Assembly (NCBI RefSeq): GCF_001194135.2
Contig: NC_068996.1
Span: 327,858-366,989 of the forward strand
From: Octopus bimaculoides
Lineage: Eukaryota
Length of the DNA stretch: 39,132 nt
Direction: 5' to 3'
The notes below the pieces were generated by a model. That model did no database searches, had not been told where the DNA came from, and saw only the letters and a list, made by a program, of their open reading frames with translations. The position numbers and the translations under genes were made by a program. Below, piece by piece: positions 24,274 to 37,084 of the stretch; the stretch's first letter is position 1; the number at the start of each line of letters is the position of its first letter.

Positions 24274-24420
24274 TTTTGGCACAAAGCCAGCAGGTTTGGG
24301 AGAATGGTTCAGTCGATTAAATCAACTTCCGTGTTCAATTGGTACTTATTTTGTCGACACCGAGAGGATAAAAGATAAGGTGGACTCTGTCGTGCTAACA
24401 ATTCTGCCAACTCACCGCCT
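24274..24420 (-). mobile_element. tRNA-derived SINE (family 1), internally deleted
   Basis: ttttggcacaaagccagc...ggtacttattttgtcgac...gtgctaacaattctgccaactcaccgcct. Confidence 0.85.
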
Positions 24421-25012
24421 TTAGAAATCTAAAGATATTAAAACTACTCTCATACAAAGGCTTAATTTGTTATAATTTAATTATTATTATGATGATTTAA
24501 TGAAAATAATACCAGATAATAGGATCACCAACTTCAGACAGCTAAAAGGCAGCGGATTCACGCACGACACTCTCGCCAAAGCCGGTTGCTATAATGTCTC
24601 TTACATATAGCAAACAAATAGGCGATCTTATTACTTTCTCTCACATAAAGTAAAAATGCCATTTTCTTTTTCTAAAGAAAAGGGAAACCCAACGTTTTCT
24701 CGTTACTAATTTTTAAATACGTAACTAATTATTCAGATAGACAGATACAATATTTGGCTGGTACTTCATTTTATTGAAAACAGAAGGATGGAAGGGAAGT
24801 TGTTGTTGTTTGTATTTGAAGAAAGAACCCAAAGAACAGGAACAAATAGTGCAATAGTCCAATGTTCTAACGGTTCTGCCAATCACCCACTCTATGCCAA
24901 TTGATAGAATATTTAGTTCTTCCATCAACTTTATGCTTAATTTTTACGGTCATCAAATGCTAAATTATATACATAACCATTTTTATGGCTGAGTCGAGGT
25001 AAAACTACTTAC

Positions 25013-25080
25013 CTTGCTATTTTGTGAATTAATGAACTTAGTTTCTTGGATATACTTTCTCACAACAAAATCCATGTTAT
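25013..25080 (-). CDS. Candidate internal coding exon (xNMDFVVRKYIQETKFINSQNSK)
   Basis: Flanked by cAG and a consensus AAG|GTAAGT donor with an open frame. The acceptor tract is weak and no homology was recognised. Confidence 0.25.
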
Positions 25081-25625
25081 CTGTTTCAATTTTTTAACAT
25101 AATAAACACAATCATGGATCAACTGCGAAAACTACTAAAAGAGTTTCTAGGTCTTCGGCAAATTGCAAGCAATAGCAACTAAATTCACTCAAACAACACG
25201 CCTACCTCATTAAAAAGGAAAAACATAGATGTAGAAACCAATGAGACAGTCGGTTTGTATGACTAAAACACCTTTCCTCTTTCATAGATCTATTTCATCA
25301 GAACAGACGTGGAATTAACCAAAAACAATGCTAAGATTGTTAATAGCCTTTGTCGAATGTTATAGACGCTCCTGAAAAGTTTCCTCATCTGGGACAGACA
25401 TGAAATTGCTCATACGTGCAAGTTTCTGTTCTCCACACCACTGATATTTTCCAGAGCAAAGACCAGATCAAAACAGCTTCACAACAGTGTCGTCGCAGGC
25501 TTTGCCAACAGCAAGCAGAAAGTGTCGAAATATTTACTAGAAGACACTTTAACTGATCTCCTAAGTAGTCTGCAACTTCGTCGCACTGATTAGATAATAC
25601 TGTAAACAATATTTGATGTATGTGT

Positions 25626-25818
25626 GCAGGAAGAATCGTTAGCACGCCGGTACAAAATGCTTAGCGGCATTTCGTCCACCTTTACGTTGTTAAAGGTCAT
25701 CGAGGTCGACCTTGTATTTCACCCTTTCAGAGTTGTTAAAATAAATACCAGTTGAATACTGGGGTCGATGCAATAGACTTAACCCCCTCCCTAAAATTGC
25801 TGGCTTTTGCCAAAATTT
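25626..25818 (+). mobile_element. tRNA-derived SINE (family 1)
   Basis: gaatcgttagcacgccgg...aaatgcttagcggcatttcgtc...gaggtcgacc...ccagttgaatactggggtcgatg...ttgccaaaattt. Confidence 0.88.
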
Positions 25819-26589
25819 NNNNNNNNNNNNNNNNNNNNNNNNNNNNNNNNNNNNNNNNNNNNNNNNNNNNNNNNNNNNATATATATATATATATATAAAC
25901 ATGTCAATATGGGTGACTCGAACCCTGCATTTATTGTATGGTAGGTGACTATTACCGATTAAAATATAGAACACCCCTTATTTTATTTTATTAAATTATG
26001 TACGCTAAAGTAATTTTATTTATATATTATTTATTATTTTGTACGATTTAATGTAACAGACATGGTTCAAGTCTTCTTTGAAAGTTTGTTGGACTTTTCT
26101 GTCTCAAATTGGTGCTTATATATAAAATCAATCAATACAGTCAATCGATAGATGTATCTCTTGAAGAATCTCCAAGTTGCAATTACTCGGAATTAATGAG
26201 AAAAGACATTTGCAAAGTGAAGAGTAGTTTGTCTTCAAATACTCAGATCATCTCTAGAGTAAAAATACTGGGATTAGCTTAAGTTGTTTGAACCAAATGA
26301 CCATTAGCTACACTTTACTAATATAAATTGAAGGGAGGCATCCTAAAATCCCGTTACTTCGAGCTAGCCTCAAGTGAACTGAGATGATGTAGAAAAGCAG
26401 ATGTAACTGAAAATACCTAAATAAAGTGCAGTGATGCAAAAATTATTAAAACAGATACTGTTTCTCCTGCGCAAGTACTCGGGTTTCGTGGCAAGATTTC
26501 TTGTTAATAGGCAAGAGCTGTTCAAACGAACATAATCATAGGCACGCATATGCTTACACAGAGGAGAGAATTTAATGCTTTAATACACA

Positions 26590-26665
26590 TACATACTTAC
26601 ATACATACTTACATACATGCATACATACATGCATACATACATACATACATACATACTTACATACA
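26590..26665. repeat. (TACA)n/(TACT)n microsatellite
   Basis: acatacttacatacatac runs. Confidence 0.9.
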
Positions 26666-26871
26666 CGTATATCTGTGAATGTGTATATGTGTTTATGTGT
26701 ACAAACTTCTTCAAACTGTGTACCAACATACTCTAATGACTAAGCAATAATCGTTCTACTGTGAATCAATAAATTGTACTTGTGTTTTTTTTTTAATCAT
26801 TTTTTTTCTGTGCGTGTATGTATGTATAAACGATACTTCATATACACGCGTGAAAACCTATGCGTGCAATT

Positions 26872-27118
26872 TATCATTATCATCATCGTCGTCGTCGTTA
26901 TCATCATCATTATCAACACAATCATCATCATCAGCAGCATCATTATCATCACCATCCTGCCCTCCTCCTACTCTTCCTCCTCCTCCTCGTCATCATCATT
27001 TATACATGTGCGTTCATACATACACACAATATATCATTGTTATCATCATCATCATCATGGTAGCCATATTCCTCCTTGTCTTCATGTTCTCTTTGATCAT
27101 CATCATCATCATCATCTA
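26872..27118. repeat. Compound trinucleotide repeat (ATC)n/(GTC)n/(CTC)n
   Basis: tcatcatcgtcgtcg...tcctcctcc...atcatcatc. It generates the poly-I/S/H/D ORFs. Confidence 0.9.
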
Positions 27119-27638
27119 CACTTTTAGTACGTCTACTCCCCCCCCCCATAATTATGTAAATTTTCACGTGTCTGTCTGCTCCAGCACAATATTTCACTTC
27201 TTGTTGCGATCCTTTGCCGTATCTTTCATGTTTTTTTCTTTTTATCATCCTGAGATTATCTTCCAAAGCATTTTGTGTTTTCCTGGTCTTTTTCACGGGT
27301 TCTTTTCCCGTGAAACTTTTCTCCCCAACTTTCCTCCTCCGTACGCATTATATGTCTTTATCAAGGCATTCGTCATTCGTCTCTCTTTCACACTACATCG
27401 TATTCTTTTTCTGCCCGATTTCTCATTCAAGTCGTGTTTCGTCAGCCATACACATTAACATTATACAACAGAGTATACACGACACATTTGTTAGCCTCCT
27501 TATTAAATTCCCATGATTTACTAATATGCTGCACCACACTTCTTCATACGCAGGTATAATACATTCGAAACATCAATCTCTTTGTTAGGAAAAGGTGATA
27601 GTTTTTTCTTTAACTTTTAATATTTTATTCTTACTCAT

Positions 27639-27844
27639 AAGGCGGCGAACTGGCAGAATAGTTAGCATCCTGGGCAAAATACTTCTCGGCCTTTCGTCCC
27701 TCTTTACGTTCAAACTCCACCAAGTTCAACATTACTTTTCATTCCTTTCGAAGCTCAATAAAATAAGTACCAGTTGAACAGAGAGGTCGATGTAATTCAC
27801 TTGCTCTCAGTCTCGAAAATGTTGGCCTTGTGCCAAAATTTGAA
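27639..27844 (+). mobile_element. tRNA-derived SINE (family 1), head-first copy
   Basis: aaggcggcgaactggcagaatagttagc (A-box-like) and gttcaaactcc (B-box-like), then ...aataagtaccagttg...ggccttgtgccaaaatttgaa. Confidence 0.88.
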
Positions 27845-28019
27845 GCCACTTTTTTGTCCTTACTCTAAATGTTCCAAAAGTTATCTTGAATATGCACCTT
27901 GTAAATAAGGTGACCTACGTAACAAGAAGTTAAAAAAACTACATTCCCGCGTAATTTTAAGGAAATAGATAAATAAACAGAAGTTAGATAGATAGACAGA
28001 CTATATGTGATATTCTCCG

Positions 28020-29400
28020 GCAGTGCTATTCTGTGTTATCCTTAGATTTGAAATATAGCCAATCTTTTTGAAAAGGACGGTAAGTCAGTGACTCTGAACG
28101 TGAGTGGCAGCGAAGGGATTGCTTTTAAATTAGTGGCTCTCTATGCCCCGACAGAAATAAGACGGCCAAATTTCTTCCGGCGCTTGGAAGTTTTTCTGGA
28201 GACATCTCGATCATTACAACTCTACAACTAGTAGGTGATTTCCACTATTGTTTAGATGCACGGAGGGACTGTATGTTGCTAGCTCATAGAAAAGATATAA
28301 AATCCTCAAAAACCTGCTCAGAATTTTCCAACTGCCTGACAAGGACGTACTGGATTTCACTAATGTGCCAACTACAGCGAGACATCCAGTCTTTAGATAA
28401 TTTGAATACTTGTCAAACCAGTGGATGAAAATATTGATCTGTCCGGTTGATTTAGATAAGACCAAAGAGAGGGACCCAGGTACTAGATGTACTTGTCCTT
28501 ACCAGCACGCAGAGACTACAGGGAAAATTTAGTTAAGCAATGACCAGCAGGAGCAGCTGTAGGACGATGAAAGATGTGAGCTACTCGACTCTGAGCATGT
28601 GTGCAGTTTTTCAACAGTTAATTCGACTGTTCGAGGCGGTAGGTAAGCCGGAGACAGTAGTGGATTTTAATTCCTACCTTGATAGCCTGCAGCAGCTCTA
28701 GTCACAAGACGTATGATATTGCTAAAGGCTGATAACACGAACTTGAATTTGCTTGGCGAATTATTGACTAATGCCCTACTGTTGTGAGCCGTGAAGAACT
28801 AAATTTACCGAGAAAGCATGCTGAAAAACAGAATGTTGTAGACAACTGTTGATCCCAACTCTGCTGGGCAAGGAATTTATGATTTTCATCAAAATATTAG
28901 CGAAAGGGTTTGTACTTGTCATCGATGGTCTGATCTAGGAAGCGCAAACGTGCGTAATCAGGAAGAGGTTCGTTCCTGACAACTTTCAATTCATGCAAAA
29001 CAGTACAGAGAGGGTTGCTAATTAAGCTAGGTTTGTGGATATCCGAAACATTTCGGTAAGATCGACAAGCGTTATTTGGAAGACATCCAAAAGGTAATCG
29101 GTTTCAGTTCTGTTTACGGAGAGCGGGTTACTGTAAAGCTCAGTCGCGTGGACAACTCTAGGAAGCATTTTTCATCTGTCGTTCAGTCTGACAGAACAAA
29201 TCACTCCCGTCCATTTTGTACATGTCATCCCTCTAACCACTGCTACAGGAGTTGGAACAGTTGTAGGATGAGCGCATTTCTTTCGAACTGGGACCAGGGA
29301 AGGTCATGTTGGAGTATGCGGAAGACGTCACTGATATTATGTCAGATTCTTCCGCAATAGAAGCAGTCTGCCCTATTGTAGAGTCACAACAGCATGGCCT
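28020..29400 (+). mobile_element. L1/Tx1-clade LINE ORF2 remnant (APE endonuclease plus RT, degraded and internally deleted)
   Basis: AFKLVALYAPTEIRRPNFFRRLEVFLETSR...LVGDF matches the APE domain. RSV*QNKSLPSILY..L*PLLQELE resembles RT motif RQGCPLSPLLY, and MLEYAEDVT resembles YADD. Confidence 0.8.
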
Positions 29401-29429
29401 CAGACTAATGACTCAAAAAGAGCGAGCGA

Positions 29430-29524
29430 TATATATATACATGTGTGTGTGTGTGTGTGTGTCTGTGTCTGTGTATGTGTACATACATATCTGTGTATAT
29501 ACATACACTTTATAAATATGTGCT

Positions 29525-29578
<54 letters not shown>

Positions 29579-30395
29579 AATGAACGCTATAAACAAATGA
29601 TGTATGTCCATGCGCGTAGTACGTGTATGTAAATATGTATGTGTATATGTATGTAAGTGCGTATATATATATGCGTGCGCGAATGCGAATGGCCGTACCT
29701 ATCTCGATGCGTGAAGGCGTCGGGTAAGTGTAAATATACGTGATGCGTACACGTACATGAGCTGAATGGCATGCACGCATGTACTCTATATAGGTCCGGG
29801 TTTATATATATACACTCTCTGTATACAGATGAGTATATACAGATGAATATATATGTGCGTGTGTGTGTGGTGCATGTGCATGTAGGGTAGATATATTTGC
29901 ATGTACGTATATATGCATATATATGTACAAGTATACGTGAGTGTATGTACGTACTTACATATATATTGGTTTGTGTATATGTGAGTGTATGCATGTGTGG
30001 ATATAAGTGCGTGCGTGTTTGGGTTTATGTTTGTGTATATGTAGGTGTATATGTGTACGTATATGTGTGCGTATATGTGTGCGCGCATTCCTACTGGTGT
30101 ACCTGTGTGTGTGTGTGGTGGGNNNNNNNNNNNNNNNNNNNNNNNNNNNNNNNNNNNNNNNNNNNNNNNNNGGGTACGTGTAAATATAGAGGAATGCGTA
30201 TTTGTTCGTGAGCTGGTTTGCGCGAGTGCGTTTACTGGGGTGCGTATGTCCGTGGGTATGTGAGTGAGTAAATGTGTGTACCTATTGGCAGGATGACCGA
30301 TGCCTAACGATATGTGTGTGTGTGATGCGGGTGTGCGGGCGCATGTGTACGTGAACGTATACTGGCGTCCGCACACACTTATACGTATATGTGTG
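29430..30395. repeat. Complex TA/TG-rich low-complexity tract (contains a 49-nt gap)
   Basis: Interleaved tgtg, tata and tatg units. Confidence 0.85.
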
Positions 30396-30939
30396 TGTAA
30401 GTCACAAAGTCTACAGACTGGAATAACATCCTCACTAAAATTCCTGCTGAAATTCCTAACTATGTCGTTGCGCTTAACCGCTTTAGCCAGCCATCGAACA
30501 CTAACGCATGCTAAATCCGTGCAATCTAATGTCGTAAGCACCCCCTCCACACACACCCTCCATTTACACTAGATTCTTTATAATTTTTATTCTTTATTTT
30601 TTAGCAATGACTTCTCGATCACTATTATAAACACCCCACCCCTATTTATATTAGATACTTTGTGTTTTTATTCTTTTAATTTCTTCCTGACCACATCTTC
30701 TTCACCTTATCAAATGTGTCTGAACTGCTGGAACCTCACCATCAGAATATAACTTGAAGCGAAAATTAAATTTAAATCACCTAACTTTTGAAGCATCTTA
30801 CGTCACCTGATAAGACTCTTTTGCATATTGCGTTGCATCTGGTGTCATTACATCGTCCCACGCCTAATAGGGAACAGTGCAGAATGAAACCGAAACGATT
30901 GTTGTGCTAATATATGCTTCTGTATTAATCATTTAAAAT

Positions 30940-31045
30940 ATAGATAGATAAATAGATAGATAGATACATACATACATACATACATGCATGCATAAATACA
31001 TACATACATACATACATACATGCATACATACACACGCACATGCAC
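30940..31045. repeat. (ATAG)n-(ATAC)n microsatellite
   Basis: atagatagatacatacatac runs. Confidence 0.9.
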
Positions 31046-32989
31046 ACACACATATAAGTAGCCCGTTGGGTTTCTCAGTTTCTCAAAGTGTTACGCTGCA
31101 AACGTGAACCCGGAACCGTGTGGCTCAACAATCGTTTACAATATAACTATCAAGTTCTTCAGATCACCTGGCAATCTACCTCCCGGCTGTCAATGTTGAA
31201 ATAATATATATTATTTCAATATTCAGTGAATGCAGGTAAATTATTATCATTATCAAGTGATCTGATGAGACAATGGAACTAACAGTAGAAATAGAACCGG
31301 TAATTAATCCAGCATGAAATTATTAGAATCTACATTTTATTTATTTATTAATTTTTTGCATTGAGTTGTTTTCTATTTGAAATTATTTATCATAAATATA
31401 TGTGTGTGTTCATGTTGTGTACACACACACATACATACACATACATACATACACATACATACACACGTGCATATTGTGTCTTTTCTATTTTGGGGTACTT
31501 GTGTCTATATAGTAGCAGCAACTACGACCCCACATATGAAAGCAATATTCTAGTGATCAGAAATTGTGAGTATGTGATGTTTAATTACATGTTGTTCAAG
31601 ACCACAAAGAATTATATTTGATGCAAACAGTATCTTTGTATTTTTGGAAGGCATTACTTTGCGATGAGGATACTTTCAAGATGCCTGTTCAAGATAAAAA
31701 GTAATTGCTTAGGTCTGTAGGTGACGAGTAAACGACGCTTGTGTGTGGAAAAATTAGAGGGAAACAAGAATTTACGTGATCTACAAAGCACGTCGTATGT
31801 GCGAGGGGACAATAAGCTTATAGTGTACGAAAAGACGAGTTTCGAGACATATCTGAACTTAGAAACACACCAGAATTGATAGTGTGCGCATACACTTGAG
31901 CGTTTGTTAAGATAGATGTGATTTCATAGAGATTTTGTTGCCATTTGTCTTTGGTTGAATGGCTACATAGATCCTCTCTCGTTTGCTTATAATAGTGAAG
32001 TTACGATGAAAGTTATTCATATCTGAGTTCTATATTTAATGTATCTACATTCATTCTAGTGTGAAATAAAAGATAATTTACACTTAGAATAAATATGTTA
32101 AAAACAATTCATGTTTAGATTCTCCAATTTACACAAAATCTTTGCTGACATTAGATATTAGTAATTTTTGGCCAAAGCCGGTAAAAATAGAAGCAGTGGG
32201 AGATATGGCAGAATTTATCAATAAAGATTAAGTAAGGTCATTTTACTTGTGATAGGTTTCGTGCTTCATAACCTGACATGAGTTTCCATTTCAATGGAAA
32301 ATTATAAAAGCTGCAAGTGTAAATTAGAAATGGAGGAAAATAGCAAAATAAAATTTCTAAAAGTAAGACACATTAATCGATTTAAAGCAATAAATAGCAT
32401 TGAGTAATTGTTCTGCTGGCAGACTTCGCGAAAGAATAAGCAATCGTTGCTGAATATTTCAGAAATGTCATCCGCATGAGAAATGTGAGGTAAGTTTTTG
32501 CTAACTTATTCAAATGTTGGGAATAGGGAAAACAAAGTGAAAACTGGAAATGAAAGAAATGAAAATTATATATTTGTCAATGTTGCTTTTTTTTTATTCT
32601 AGTTAATTTATTAATGTTTCCTGTATTAAATATATTAATACTAATATAGTTACTGGATGTAATTTCGTTTGTGATCCGAACTGCGGATCATTTTCGCCAA
32701 AGACTGTCGCACCACACAATAAATTGGGAAAAAAATTTAATAATTGCATATGGAACTAATTAATTTCTTTTGATTGAACATGATAGTCTAATTTGTTAAG
32801 TATTTTACTGGCTACAGACCTAGCGAGTGAAAGGTGTTTATCTTACCAATTTGTTTTACTATCTACCTGGGCAAATACATTTTCCTAGATCATTCCACAA
32901 AACTGTACATAAAAGCTATTAGTTCGGCAACGTTCACTAACACAGCTCACAAATACAATCGCAGAGTTAATGACATTTGAGAAGCCTAT

Positions 32990-33100
32990 AAGTCGATTAG
33001 ATCGTCGTCTTTGTTTGAGTAGTACTTTATTAACTATGAGAAATTAAAAGCCAAGTCGAACCTGTCAGCAATTAAACTTAGAAGGTAAAAGGACTAACCT
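32990..33100 (-). mobile_element. Degenerate SINE family 1 fragment
   Basis: agtcgattagatcg...aaaagccaagtcgaacc...aattaaacttagaagg is colinear with the 14452 copy. Confidence 0.45.
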
Positions 33101-33469
33101 AAATATCACAAGTCACCCTACCGTCCTTACGATCAATATATTTATAAGTTACGTTAATTTTTAGTGCTTAAATCCCCAAAGACTAAAAGGAACTAGTAGT
33201 AAACCATTTCTATATATTCTATTTTTCATCATATTCTAAATTGCATTAGTCTCAAGCGGTGACACTATGTAATTTCTCAAAGTCAATACAAATTCTAGGC
33301 CTCTAAAACTTTTTTCATGGCCTTTTACAGGATATAGCTATGTCTGAATAACACCAAACTAGATTTGCTTTACAGAAGCAGAATATACTTTGCCTTCGAT
33401 CAGTTACTGAATCTCTACAAAAATCAAAACCCAAAATAGATTACTACTAAGGGCGACGATTCTGTGTAT

Positions 33470-33640
33470 CACCTCTCCTCCAGACCTATACAAAATACTT
33501 ATCTCTCGTTAACTATAGTCTCTGACTCCATAGTAACCACTTTCCACAGCTTTTCCTCCTCAATCCCAGCCCATTTTGTTTTTACTATGGGTATTGACTT
33601 ACAGATGTTGAAGTTGAGCATAAACCGTATCACTCACAGT
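33470..33640 (+). mobile_element. Possible CR1-like LINE 3' remnant
   Basis: SIPAHFVF...IDLQMLKLSINRI resembles the PAHVF...DLQ.FK.NIN terminus of CR1-type ORF2. Confidence 0.4.
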
Positions 33641-34701
33641 AACTTAGGGGTGCATATGACGGTCATGGACATTATTCCTTCCTCCCATCTCGGCGATGAC
33701 AGAAAAACTGTGAAGAGTTTATAACTTGACTAAGGACGACTTGAGTGCAGTAGAAAACAATTATCTCATTCATGGATAGCGATGTGATGAAAGGCAGTGT
33801 CAATTCCTGGAATACTTTGAAATGTTAAAATATTTAGGTTGAATTGTTACCGAGTGTACCAAAATTTTCATATATATTTTTTCTCTTGATGAAGGTAACA
33901 TAGAAAGAGAGAAATAAATTTCCCAATATCAAATAACTAAATATCCGTTTCCTATTTTGGTTGTGATACAAGCTAGAGAGGTTTTCTATTCACAGCTGCT
34001 CAAATTACTAGGGCATCTTTGATCATAGACCTTCTGGATCAAAACCGAACTGAGGCTAAACAACTACTTAAGAACATGCGACATGCTTGAAAATATCAGA
34101 CAATCACTACTCAAATTGCACTTTATCATCTAAACTGGGTAATATACTCCCAGAAGAAAGACATGATGGTCACTGCAAGAACAGCTGTGATCACAGACAT
34201 CAGGCAACAGTGGCAAAAATGAAGGTGATTGAGAAAACTTTGTCTTATTTGGAAGGTAGATTTCAATCTCAACATTCATTTAAATTACTTTTTTGCAGAA
34301 ATTATTTTAAACCCTGTCACATTTAGTTTCATAATATCTAGATCTAAACCTTTTATTTGCAAGCCAGCTTTGAAATATAGATATATTTTCTTAAGCTATT
34401 CCATACAGTTACTAAATTCAATGAAGCTAGTGTATGTTCTGAAAACAGTCGTTTCTGCTACCATGTTTCTTTGTTCCTTGTCATTTATGTGAACTTTGGA
34501 AAAAAGGAAAATACTTTTGTTATTTTAATAATATTAGCCTTTTGAACTGACTGGCCAGATATTTCTTGGAGCAAAGAATGATGCAATGCACACTTACCAT
34601 GTAAGCATAACTTCTTCCCAAACCATTTCTGAGTGAGATTTAGCACTTTATACAAATGCTTAGTATGTATGTATGTATGTATGTATGTATGTATGTATGT
34701 A

Positions 34702-34748
<47 letters not shown>

Positions 34749-34758
34749 NNNNNNNNNN

Positions 34759-34812
<54 letters not shown>

Positions 34813-35681
34813 CAGGGTGCGGTGAATAAATCGTCGTCTAAATTACGCAAAATAAGACTGACTCTTTTTTTAAGATACATTTACCAAAATTGCATACAAA
34901 TATCTTGAAATACTAAAGAGCAAATTCACTGAATAAAATCGCTATTGGCTTCAACCACGGTTTCCAGACGAGTTCGGAATCTTCTGCAACTCTTTTGGGC
35001 GGTCTTCTTGTTTAAGTTTGTGAATGCTGCCATAATCCTTGCCTCCAGTTCATCTTTAGGAGTTTTATTGGTCTCTCGCTAAACTACGCCCCACACGTAA
35101 TAATCAAGGGGGTTGCAATCTGGGGAGTTAGGTGGCCAGATGTTAGGGGTGATGTGGTTGCAGAAATTGTCTGACAGTCATGATTGGGCTCTCCTGCTTG
35201 TGTGGCATTGTGCAGAGTCCCGTTGCCAGACATAGGATCTTCCAGCAGCCAGCTCCTTTACCCAGGGCAGCACACTACCTCCTCCAGGCACTTGATGTAG
35301 GCCTCCATGTTGAGTCTGAGGCTGTGTGGGAAGATGAATGGAGGCATAACATCGCCATCAGTAATGATCACTTCAAACACCATGATGTTGACGGGATGTT
35401 TGATTTTTATCACTCTCGGTACATGTCCTCATATGGCACTGTACTCAGACTGACACTCAAACACTTTGAAATGTTCGTATTGGAGCTTCCAGCGCGAATG
35501 CTAAATACAGCAGGTCGTTTCCAAATTTCTAGCAGAGGGAATTGCGTCATGGTGCTATTTTAATCTCAGACGGTGCCTAACTGAATCTACTATACTGTGC
35601 AGTCGACAAAATCAAAGACAAACAATGCGCATACGCGAAATTAAAGATATGGAATAGCGACAATTTACCCATCACACCCTG
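34813..35681 (-). mobile_element. maT (DD37D, Tc1/mariner superfamily) transposon, internally deleted
   Basis: TIRs cagggtgcggtgaataaatcgtcg and cgacaatttacccatcacaccctg with TA on both sides. Minus strand YVWQRDSAQCHTSRRAQS*LSDNFCNHITPNIWPPNSPDCNPLDYYVW has exactly 37 residues between the 2nd and 3rd Asp. Confidence 0.93.
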
Positions 35682-35715
35682 TATATAAACTCACCAACGA
35701 TCCACATGTGGTTAC

Positions 35716-35753
<38 letters not shown>

Positions 35754-35785
35754 GGAAAAATTTGNNNNNNNNNNCATGTGGTTAC

Positions 35786-35823
<38 letters not shown>

Positions 35824-36177
35824 GGAAAAATTTGGAGTCAACAAGGAGGGATACAGTTGGACATTTATTTTCATTCACTACAATTTCTACACAACGTGGT
35901 TCTCCAGGCGTTCAGGTATTTGATTATGCAACCGTTTCCCTGCATTATGAGATCTAGTTGTGTTTCCTCAGGCGATATGTTCACTCCAAATTTTTTTGAA
36001 ATTATCTTTTCACACACGACAGAAGCCCAAGCGCAAACCTAGTAGAGCAGGGTGAAACCTGAAGGTGGACGAGCCTTATACTGTACTCTACTACGTTCTT
36101 AAAAGAATATACCATAATTAAAAACTATATGTGTGTGTGTGTATGAGTGTGTGAGTGCGTGTACGTGTGTGTGTGAA

Positions 36178-36346
36178 GGCACATGGCTCAGCGGTTAGAG
36201 CGTCGAGCTTACGATCATTAGGTTGTGAGTTCGAATCCTGGACCGGCCTGCGTGTTGTGTTCTTGAGCAAGACACTTTATTTCATGTTATTCCAGTTCAC
36301 TCAGCTGAAGAAATGAGTTGCGACGTCACAGGTGCCAAGCTGTATC
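36178..36346 (+). mobile_element. tRNA-derived SINE (family 3), truncated by a gap
   Basis: A box TGGCTCAGCGGTTAGAGC and B box GAGTTCGAATCCT, followed by gtgttcttgagcaagacacttt...ttcactcagctg, a central-domain-like segment. Confidence 0.85.
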
Positions 36347-36764
36347 NNNNNNNNNNNNNNNNNNNNNNNNNNNNNNNNNNNNNNNNNNNNNNNNNNNNNN
36401 NNNNNNNNNNNNNNNNNNNNNNNNNNNNNNNNNNNNNNNNNNNNNNNNNNNNNNNNNNNNNNNNNNNNNNNNNNNNNNNNNNNNNNNNNNNNNNNNNNNN
36501 NNNNNNNNNNNNNNNNNNNNNNNNNNNNNNNNNNNNNNNNNNNNNNNNNNNNNNNNNNNNNNNNNNNNNNNNNNNNNNNNNNNNNNNNNNNNNNNNNNNN
36601 NNNNNNNNNNNNNNNNNNNNNNNNNNNNNNNNTATATATATATATATGTATATGTATGTATATATGAACGTATGTATGTATATATGTATGCATGTATGTA
36701 TAGTTGGATGGATGCATGCATATATATGTATGCCGGCTCCCACCGATTTATGTATATTAGTGTC

Positions 36765-37075
36765 TAGTTGTTCGATCAATGCCTCTGTCTTCACAATGTT
36801 CTAGTCTGCAGTTATAGCTACATCGAAGAAGGGCCATTCTTTGAACTTCTTCTGTAAAAGAGTGATATCTAGTTGGTATGTTGCAGCTTCTAATCTGAAT
36901 AGATTGGCATATCCCACGCGAGTTTCGCTCTGCTACTACCACTTTTAGGGATATTTTATCCCATAATTCTTGCACATTTTCCAGCGTATTCGTACTTTTC
37001 CCTGTCATTTTTAGTATACCTTTTAGCTGTTTTTTAGAGTCCACTAAATATTTGTCTAACTGTCTCAGATGATTT
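36765..37075 (-). mobile_element. R4/Dong-type LINE fragment C (zinc-knuckle remnant plus RLE)
   Basis: Across frameshifts: ETVRQIFSG, AKLAWDMPIYSD, QLDITLLQKK...FFDVAITAD*NIVKTE. These resemble the KILWD and RPDI...IDVAxPxD RLE motifs. Confidence 0.65.
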
Positions 37076-37084
37076 TTTATATTA

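Larger units (their letters stand above)
740..36632. other. Assembly gaps at 740-1264, 2294-2761, 4733-4810, 9685-10548, 12405-12521, 19395-19404, 23069-23168, 25819-25878, 30123-30171, 34749-34758, 35765-35774 and 36347-36632
   Basis: N runs, mostly flanked by microsatellites. Confidence 0.98.

Noticed and set aside
27291-27320. 9-bp hairpin followed by a T-run (similar small hairpins at 32672-32690, 24586-24613 and 13578-13595)
   Set aside because: Resemble bacterial terminators or Helitron ends, but the context is eukaryotic, no CTRR terminus follows, and hairpins of this size are expected by chance.
26774-27516. Poly-Ile/Ser/His/Asp ORFs
   Set aside because: Products of compound trinucleotide repeats.
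30860-30908. cacgcctaatagg...ccgaaacgattgttgtg, a possible heavily decayed hammerhead at the end of a pseudo-LTR-like region
   Set aside because: Needs four or more substitutions and has no clean stems. Only a family consensus could rescue it.
17872-32489. Other small plus-strand exon candidates (17872-17912 DSSIKFKIRKEYSK; about 31516-31565 SNYDPTYESNILVIRN; 32463-32489 KCHPHEKCE)
   Set aside because: Splice phases do not chain, no protein is recognised, and they conflict with the minus-strand candidates. Untestable without RNA data.
35704-35834. Direct duplication of catgtggttacattt(TA)nattggaaaaatttg on either side of a 10-N gap
   Set aside because: Typical unresolved contig overlap at a (TA)n run, so an assembly artefact.
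36178-36250. Genuine tRNA gene
   Set aside because: Anticodon and acceptor stems do not pair well, and it continues directly into SINE body sequence.
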